DNA of 64,000 nt. Source: the human T2T-CHM13v2.0 reference genome, Homo sapiens. Of this stretch, positions 55,527-64,000 are shown in pieces (within the stretch, counting starts at the first letter, position 1; each line of letters starts with the position of its first letter). Below the pieces are notes generated by a model, which saw nothing but the letters and a program-made list of their open reading frames with translations, did no database searches and was not told the origin of the DNA. Position numbers and translations under genes: made by a program. The stretch lies in assembly GCF_009914755.1 (NCBI RefSeq), contig NC_060928.1. One strand, written 5' to 3'.

Positions 55527-57879
55527 ACTCATTATTCCACATCTTGATGAAAAAACTGTGCCAATGTGTGTAGCCACCTTAAATTTTGACAGAAAGTGAT
55601 AGATTATTCCCAATTTTGTTGATTTATGATTATAATGTTTTATATGCATTATTTTTAGTTTGCTTTGTAGTCAGTGTATAAGTGATGAATAGGTGAAGGA
55701 AAGGTGATTCTTAGGTCAGTTAAACTATTCTGTATGATATAATATTGGTGGATACACCTCATTATTTATAGTGGCTTTTCTCGTGGCTTAATTTATGGTC
55801 AGTTTTACGATTATGTTGTATATAGAATAGGCAGTTTAAAATAAAATGTAGTTTTCTTTCATTTTATATTTTAAATATGTATCAACTAGATATATTCATA
55901 ATTTATGTTAATTTTTCCATCTCTAAATATTTTGTATCCACTTGACCTGTTATAAAACAGAGATAACTAGAAACCTATTGCTTGTATGATATTGCAAGCA
56001 TCATTCAAGCAATAGCAATATGCATTGCTTTTTCTCTTTGCATTTCTATTGTATTGCTATTTCTCTTTGTATTTCCTGTAATTTTTGTGTTAAAAATGTT
56101 TATGCTCTGTTTTGGGTACAGAGATATTAGTTCTTCACTGTGGATTATATAGTATGCCATTGTAAAATTTAATTTTTTGCTTTGTGGATGCTTTACTGTT
56201 GATTCTGGACCTGCTTGATATTAAATTCATGACCCTGTTTTCTCATTGTTTTCACTTGCTTGGGATGTCCTTGCCCATTTTTTTAGAAGTTGTCTGAGCT
56301 TTTTTGTTAGGAACTCTTATAGAAAATAGTTAATAACTTGTATTTACTTAATCAATTTAAGATTAATTTTTCTTTAAATAGCTATGCTAGTCAAATTTTG
56401 TTTGCTGCTAGAATATACATGTTTAGTTTTGTTCTGTCAAAATGTTTTTCTGTTTTCTTTAAAAAATAATTTTCAATCATTTATCCTATGGTTTTGTGTG
56501 TGTTTCATAATACATTGAATTAATTAATTTTGCGCTATTTTTCAAAATAGAGAAATGAGCTTAAGGAAAACTTTCTAATTTGGGGAAAAATAAATTTTTC
56601 AAACTTAAAGTTGTTCTCTGAAAAAGAAATTCAGTTTCTCGAAAGTTGAATTAAAAGATTGTTTTCCTCAGTTATCTTGAATGTCTCTGTTTTTAACAAC
56701 ATTTTACCCAGCCAACACTCACTTCAACTGAAATATTCTCTTTGGTCCTAAATTAGACCTAAGTTAAAGAGAAATAACCATTCACACCTTATCATGGAAT
56801 TGCAGAGGATTCTTTTGCATCTAAACACCCCACCCAGCATGCTGTTGTACTAAAAATTGTTGTACTAAAATTAAATTACATTTAATTGCTTTTCTTGTTC
56901 CAAATTCTTCTCATTGTCCTCAGAATTACTCTGTCCCCTAACCCCAATAAAATATATTCCCTATTTAATAGCTTTTAAGTTTCTTCAGAGACTGTCTACT
57001 ATGTATGTATCAACTGAAAAAGAAAAACTTTTAGTTCTTTCATATCACCTGGTTTGTTTCAACAAACTAAAGTCATAAATGAAATTCTAGAGATTTTAAT
57101 ATATGTTATAAATATTTATATATGCAAAGAACATCTGGGTTTATTTTCATAAGAAGATGATAGATAAATGCAGCACAGTTGATAATTTTTTTATTTGAAA
57201 CTATTCATGTAATTAATTCAACTCTTTAGCTTCCCCTTTAATTAACAAATGTAGATACAGACATATATATGGCACACGATAAAAACTGTAACAAAACTTT
57301 AAACGTTATATTAAATTTCACAGAGATTGTAATCATTTTAAACTTAGAATTTAATTATTGATTTCAACATTTTATGGTAAGTAGAAATACTAGTTCTCCT
57401 GTCCAAATCTCAGTGTACATTTTGATTCTGTCAGCTCTTTGAAAGGTTCCATATTACTTTCAAGATTTATTCTTCTGGGCACAGAAAGGCACTTTTGATA
57501 AAAGTTCTTTTAAGGTTATCTTGTTTTCTTTACACTGACAGATATTTGATCACAAAGTCAGCCTTCAAAAATATCATAATCATCTTCATCATTTCCAAAA
57601 TATATTTTGAATTTTAGGGTTTGTAAAAATAGAATTGTTGATGTGTCTAAAATTTGGACAGAGATTAGAGTTATTATTGTAATTTGTTTTCATAATTGAT
57701 AATGAAAAGAGTTCCAAACCTATATGTGAAAATTTGAATAACATATTTTACAGGTAAGTGGTATCTGGATTTCAGGTCTACTTTTCCCTTCAACTGTGTG
57801 AATACTTCAAGATAAATTTTGAGTCAAATTGTTTAGATGATCACCTTAATATTTCATGTGATTTATATCTGAAAAAGTG

Positions 57880-58800
57880 GCAATTTTTAATACAAATCAA
57901 TACAAATCAATAAATCTCCAAGCAAATAAGTAGCAAAACTGGTCCTAACTATAAACTGCAAATAAATAATAGATATGGATCAAATGACTTATGGGAATTT
58001 ATTATTTGAATAAAATGTCATTTATAAATCAATGTGGAAAAGATGGTTTAATTCAAAAATGTTATCAAACAATCAGATAGACATATGGAACAAAATCATA
58101 AATTATAAAATACAAACTTTCTCATATATACACAAAAATGTTGAAAAACTGTAAGAAAAAGTTGAACAACCTACTGGAAATATAGACAAAGTACGTAATC
58201 AGGCAAGTCATACAATATGAAACACCAATGGTCAGTAAATATATTTGACACATCAATTGTCAGGAAGTATATTTGTTTGTAGTGAAAACAAATGCAAATT
58301 TAAAGTGAGTTATCTTTTTGCCTACCAGATTCTTAGATTAGAATGAGTGATAATGCTCAGTGTAGAAGTGAATGAACAGATGTTTTAATGTACTGGCGAT
58401 AAGGCATATCCAAAATTTGCATGTATATACAGTATGATGATAGAGTAATCTTACAATTAACACCAAAGAGTTAACTGTGAGAGGTTGAAAACACATACAC
58501 ATACAAATACATGTGTATGCACAAACACATATATATGCATAGATATATATTTCCACACAGTTTTCATAAATATATTGTTTAATATTTGCTAATATCTATA
58601 TTTCTTAAGATATTTTTCAAGGTTTTTTAAATGAAGAAAGCAGTTTGAAATGTAATACATACATTGTTCTTGCAGTATTGTGTTTACGCTAAAGAATATA
58701 GGAGATATTCAATCCAATAGAATGAACTATTTTATAAATTATTAGAATTTGGCTGAATATACTTTTGAACTTAGCTAAATTGTAAAATCTATTTCACAGA
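57880..58800 (+). mobile_element. Old L1ME ORF2/3' fragments
   Basis: AATGTGGAAAAGATGGTTTAATTCAAAAATGTT, AAATGCAAATTTAAAGTGAG and CCAATAGAATGAACT. Confidence 0.5.
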
Positions 58801-58845
58801 GACAGAATGTGTACATAAAAAGAAATTGCTTAAAATGTATGGATT

Positions 58846-59194
<349 letters not shown>

Positions 59195-60354
59195 TAGAGA
59201 ACTGCTCTAAATGCCTTTATAAATACATATAACATATGATATGTGTTCTGATTATTATTTTTAAAGCAAAAAGAAAGAAAAGGTTGTAAAATCAAAACTA
59301 CAATTTTTTTAAGTTCTACAAGCTACTATATAATTGGCACACCAGATAATATGCTTGAATCATTCAGATGGAAATAATTTGGCATAATTGAGTGCTAGTT
59401 ATGATAATGTGTTATTGAAACAGCTTGTTTATACTACTGCTAATTATCACCAATATCCATTTTAGAATATTTTCCCAAGAATTGCAGAAAAAGATGAACC
59501 TAGAAATAGAGTCCAAAATTTTTAAGAGATTTTACAAGTGGTCTACACCAACTCACGAAAGTCATGAAATACTTGACTTTCTTCATTCCCCAAACTATAC
59601 ACATTTAGTGATGGACAGCCTTCTACTTCCCTAGCAAGGCCGTTTCACTATTGATGGGTCTAGTCCAAGCTCTTACAATCATTCAGTCTATGAAGACTTT
59701 ATGGATTCATCATCAATAAATTGTTCTCCATATTTGCAACTTTTGTAAGATATGTATTTCACCTCCCCTAGACGATGAATAAAAATGAAATTGCAACCAT
59801 ACATATCTCATTATGAACAACTTTTTAAAGTGGCCTAGAATTCCACTTTATATCCATTCCACATATATAAACTGCTGCCTATTCTTCATCCACCCTGGTC
59901 TTTTTGCCCTGTCACCCTGCTGCTGCCTTCCATACAAAATTACTCTGATGACCTTGATTTGCTGGTATGCTTATATACCAATATCAAAGATAGGACATTT
60001 TCTCTCCTAATTTTGTGCCACAACCACAAAATTATGATTTCTAACATTTCTGCAAGTTGGGGAGAGTGTAATAGTTATTACATAAGAAATACTTTACATG
60101 ATATAAAGTAAGAGTGTCAAGCTTGTTTTACCAAAAAAATCTACAGTGTTAACCACAGGGTTACATTGTCTCTTTGGTTGTCGTTCGGGGAAATCACCAA
60201 AAATGAAGCTGTGGTCTTATCTCAGAAACTTTAGAAAGTAATCTAGGACTCAACTTTAGCTATAAAAAGATAAACTCGTAGAATTTCTATATTCCATTCA
60301 TTTACACTTGTTCCTAGATCCTTTTCATTTCTAGGGAAGTATATGAACCTTTCT

Positions 60355-61250
60355 GAAAGAAGCAACAGGTTTCTTCAAAGAAGATTTAAAGAAGCAGCCC
60401 AGAAGATGTACAGATGGCCAATAAGTATATAAAAAAAGTTCGACATCCCTAATCATCAGGGAAATAAAAATCGGTCATTATTCCTACACTTGCCACAATG
60501 ACTATTATCAAAAAGACAAAAAATAACAAATGCTGGCAATGGATGTGGAGAAATGGGAACTCTTATACATTGCTGGAATGTAAATTAGTATAGCTATTAT
60601 ATAAAACAGTATAGCAGTTCCTCAAAAAATTCAAAATAGAACTACCATATGATCCATCACTTCCACTACTGGGTGTGTATCCAAAGGAAATAAAATCAGT
60701 ATTTTGAAGAGGTGTCTGCACTACCATGTTTTGTGCAGCACTTATTCACAATAGCCAAGATATGGAATCAATTTAAGTATCTATCATTGGAAAATGAATA
60801 AAGAAAACATTATATATATATAATACATTGCGTATATATATACACACGTTGTAATATATATATACACACACACACACACAATGAAATACTATTCAGCCAT
60901 GAAAAAGAATGAAATCCTGCCATTTGCAAAAACATGGATGAAGCCTGAAGACATACTTAGTGAAATAAGCCAAGCACACAAAGACAAATATCACATGATA
61001 TCGCTCATTTGCAAAACTTTAAAAAGCCAATCTCATAGAAGTAAACAGTAGAATAGTGGTTACCAGAAACTGGAGAGGAAGGATAGATAGGGAATATGGG
61101 GAGAGATTGGTCAAGGGGTACAAAATTACACATATATAGGAAGAATTACCCTGATTTTATCATTACACCGTATATACATGTATTGAAACATCACACTGCA
61201 TCCCATAAATATGTACAATTATTATGTGTGAATTAAAAATAAAATAAAGA
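60355..61250 (+). mobile_element. L1MA-type 3' end with an internal (TA)n/(CA)n expansion at about 60808-60880
   Basis: ORF2 C-terminal tract and the 3' UTR AATAGTGGTTACCAGAAACTGG...GAAACATCACACTGCATCCCATAAATATGTACAATTATTATGTG, followed by an A tail. Confidence 0.85.
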
Positions 61251-61619
61251 ATTAGCCTAATTCTCTATTTCAGGTGAGGAAGTAAGTTTTAACAGCTCAG
61301 AGAGAGGAATTGTAGGTTGTGCAATTCATCTTAGGGCTGGCGATACTATATCTACTCCATGTATCAAAGTTCATTAAAATGAACAAATTCTATTTTTTGT
61401 CTGGGGAGGATATAATCAAGAGTGTGAAAAGTGATTATTATGTCTGATAATCAACTGATGGTGATTTTTGCTTTTTAAATTTTCTTATATATAATTTTTA
61501 TGGATATGCCACATTTTATTTATTCATGAAAATTCTGTTCTTTAACATCAGTATAGCTGACTTATTCTATTTACCCAATTCTATACATTATCACATAATG
61601 TGATTTAGGATTGAGGAGT

Positions 61620-61780
61620 TCGTAAATGTTATGATTGAAAATGCTCTTAGGCATTCTCTAAGCCACCACTTTACCAGACAAATAAGAAAATGGAGACCTA
61701 CAAAGACGTAGGTGTTTGCCAAAGCCATGCAGTGCCACAGACTCTGGGCTCTGTGGCATTTGTTCTTTGCACTGATGACT
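61620..61780 (-). mobile_element. MIR fragment
   Basis: ACAAATAAGAAAATGGAGACCTACAAAGACGTAGGTGTTTGCCAAAGCCATGCAG resembles the antisense MIR core. Confidence 0.4.
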
Positions 61781-63279
61781 CACGTTTAATACTTTAATTT
61801 CACAGTGCCAAGAGAATTACAAAAGAAAACTTCCCAATTTATCTTCTTAACCATTTATACATTACTGGTTATTAGAGGAGCATATGATTAATATACTTGT
61901 GTAAAATGTTTATTTTTAAAAATTAAGAAGGATTGTCCCTACAATGTATAACACATTTTGTCAAGGTAGAGCAACATTCCTGCCCAGACCACTTTGCAAT
62001 TGAGCTGCTTGAAAGAGATAATGTGGTTTTAGAAATAAGTGAATCAGTCTTTATATAACATATTCATTTCATAAGTTGGAAAATTGTCTTGGAGTTTAAA
62101 GCTCCTCTTTGAATAGCGATGATGTCTAGGATAGTGAAGATTAAATTGCAGCATTAAAAAATCTTAGTGATTTCAAGTCCTTGCAGGCTGTGCTATGGAC
62201 TGGGAGTTGCAGATAGCTGTAGCTATCTTTACTAGACCCTCAAGGCCTTAATGGAAACATAATGACGTGAAGAATATTAAGGTGCTTTTGTTGTTTTAAA
62301 ATACAGCCATCTAGATCACTTTCTTATATATTTCCACCTCAACCATCTTTCCTCCTGTAACAATTATAGAGACTTAGGTAAGGAATAGACAAAAATGACA
62401 TATTTTTCAGGATATTATACCATATTTTAAAAAGTCCTCAGCCTTCGTTTAAATCTCTTTGATATAAACTCCATCAAAAGTATACTTTCAAAGGTGGTAA
62501 GCACATTCATACAGGGATATATTGTTCAATTTTTGCAGAGAGTTTCTATGCTGAGTGAGGCATTATCTGTAAGTGCTGTAGTTCAGTAGACGTATTCTGT
62601 CCCATCAATCTCTGTGCTACTGTGAAGAATGCTAGAGGAACAGAAGTACCCTTTAGCTGGTAAGCCTCTGCTCAGTGTGGGATCAGATAGGGAAAGGATT
62701 TACATAAGTTTTCTTTAAACTCTCTTTTCCTGCTTAGGTTAACTTTGAAATGACCTAGATATGATGAAGAGATGGTTGTGTATTTTAGTTTCTTGTAGAT
62801 ATTTCAACAGAGCCAACATTTTATGTCCTTTACATAGTGATGTTGAGAATGGAATTGTAGGATTTTTGCTCTGATTCAACACCCCATAGTTTTTGTTGCC
62901 ATCAACAATCCCCAACCCAATAGTGTGCCACACTGACTGATAAAGGTTTACTATTACATTCCCCACATTGTTGTATCATCACACAAATCTGAACGTAGGT
63001 GTTGAAGTTATTCCAGAGAGAAACTGTGAAGCAAAGCAACCAGAACTACCCTGTAATATAGTGCTTTGTTTTCAGTCAAATTAGTTGAAACATGTGAGGG
63101 GCTTTTTCTAAAGTTCTCATTTTATCATTTTGCTTGTACTTAGGAGTATACTGAAATCGAAAATACAAAACTCACCTTTATCACTATTCCCCATGTTCAG
63201 TCACATTGAAATGAGACTTGTATGTAGATTACACCCAAAGCAAGACCCGTGCTCTGGCTTTTCCCTCAAACTTCTATTG

Positions 63280-63920
63280 AGCTGTCTATGCAGATGAAAT
63301 ATCAGCACTTCTTTCCCACTCCACCTGCTTCAAACAACTCTCTCCACCACACCAGATATTTTCATTTAAAGCCCTGATTCTATCAACAGCATTACCATTT
63401 TCTAGGTCATTCAAGATTAAATTTTTAAGTTTTCTTTTACTTTTCTTTTCCTTTTCAAATGAACTCTCTCTAGCCTGACATCTAAATGATTCCTAAAATT
63501 AGTTTAAGACACATTTATGTCTTATATCTATTCTCTCTTTTGTATTTCCACCATTGCAATGATCTCTTTAACACTTCTAAATGTTTGCATGTAGCATTGT
63601 CTTACCACTATATATTTAACAACACAACCCTGAGTGGAAATAGTAGGAGGCATTTATTGCCAAACAAATTAAGTCAGAGTATTTTTTTAAATAAATATTT
63701 GTCACATATAATCTACTCCCCATAATGAACATACAAGTATGCCATGCTCAGGTTATAAAGGACTACTTACAATGCCATCACACATCTATCCATTACATCA
63801 CAGCTTTGCTTTTGGCCTCTCTTCTATTCATGCTCAACTCCCCTTTGCAAAATCTGCCTGCCAAAATTCTACCCACAAATTGAGGCAAAGCTCATATGTC
63901 TCTTAGCTGCCTGAAACTAT
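63280..63920 (-). mobile_element. L2 fragments
   Basis: CAGCATTACCATTTTCTAGGTCATTCAAG and AAAATTCTACCCAC...AAGCTCATATGTC are L2-like. Confidence 0.4.
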
Positions 63921-63937
63921 TCAACTTTTAATCAGCT

Positions 63938-64000
63938 ATTTCTTTTTATTATACTTTAACTTCTGGGGTACATGTGCAGAACATGCAGTTTTGTTCCATA
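63938..64000 (-). mobile_element. L1PA 3' end, continuing past the window edge
   Basis: TTTTATTATACTTTAACTTCTGGGGTACATGTGCAGAACATGCAG. Confidence 0.88.

Noticed and set aside
62780-63200. Possible exons from isolated splice-like sites (TTCTTGTAG near 62798; minus-strand donors near 63175 and 38645)
   Set aside because: There is no matching partner site with an open, recognisable frame.

Overview
This is AT-rich, CpG-poor primate DNA, almost certainly human because it carries an AluYb8 with the diagnostic 7-bp duplication. It looks intergenic or deep intronic. I recognise no intact protein-coding gene, RNA gene, CpG island or CRISPR array, and every long ORF in the track maps to Alu, L1 or LTR sequence or looks like chance. 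The window is a layered transposable-element landscape. It holds nine Alus plus a FAM monomer, many L1/HAL1/L2/MIR fragments, MER20/MER44/MER53 DNA elements, MER31, MLT1 and MER34-type LTRs, and a 7-kb two-LTR ERV1 (LTR27-like, MER4-group) provirus with a target-site duplication (TSD). The most informative items were read by manual translation across frameshifts and are poorly captured by the ORF track. They are a decayed hAT transposase (about 18.3-19.7 kb) collinear with the domesticated ZMYM6/Charlie2 transposase domain, and an ancient A-rich class III (ERV-L-like) protease-RT relic (about 19.9-21.9 kb). A possible three-exon spliced transcript with a 59-codon ORF at 26-28 kb is speculative. 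Family names come from recalled consensus sequences, not database searches, and boundaries of old elements are approximate. I found no convincing evidence of a wholly new biological system.
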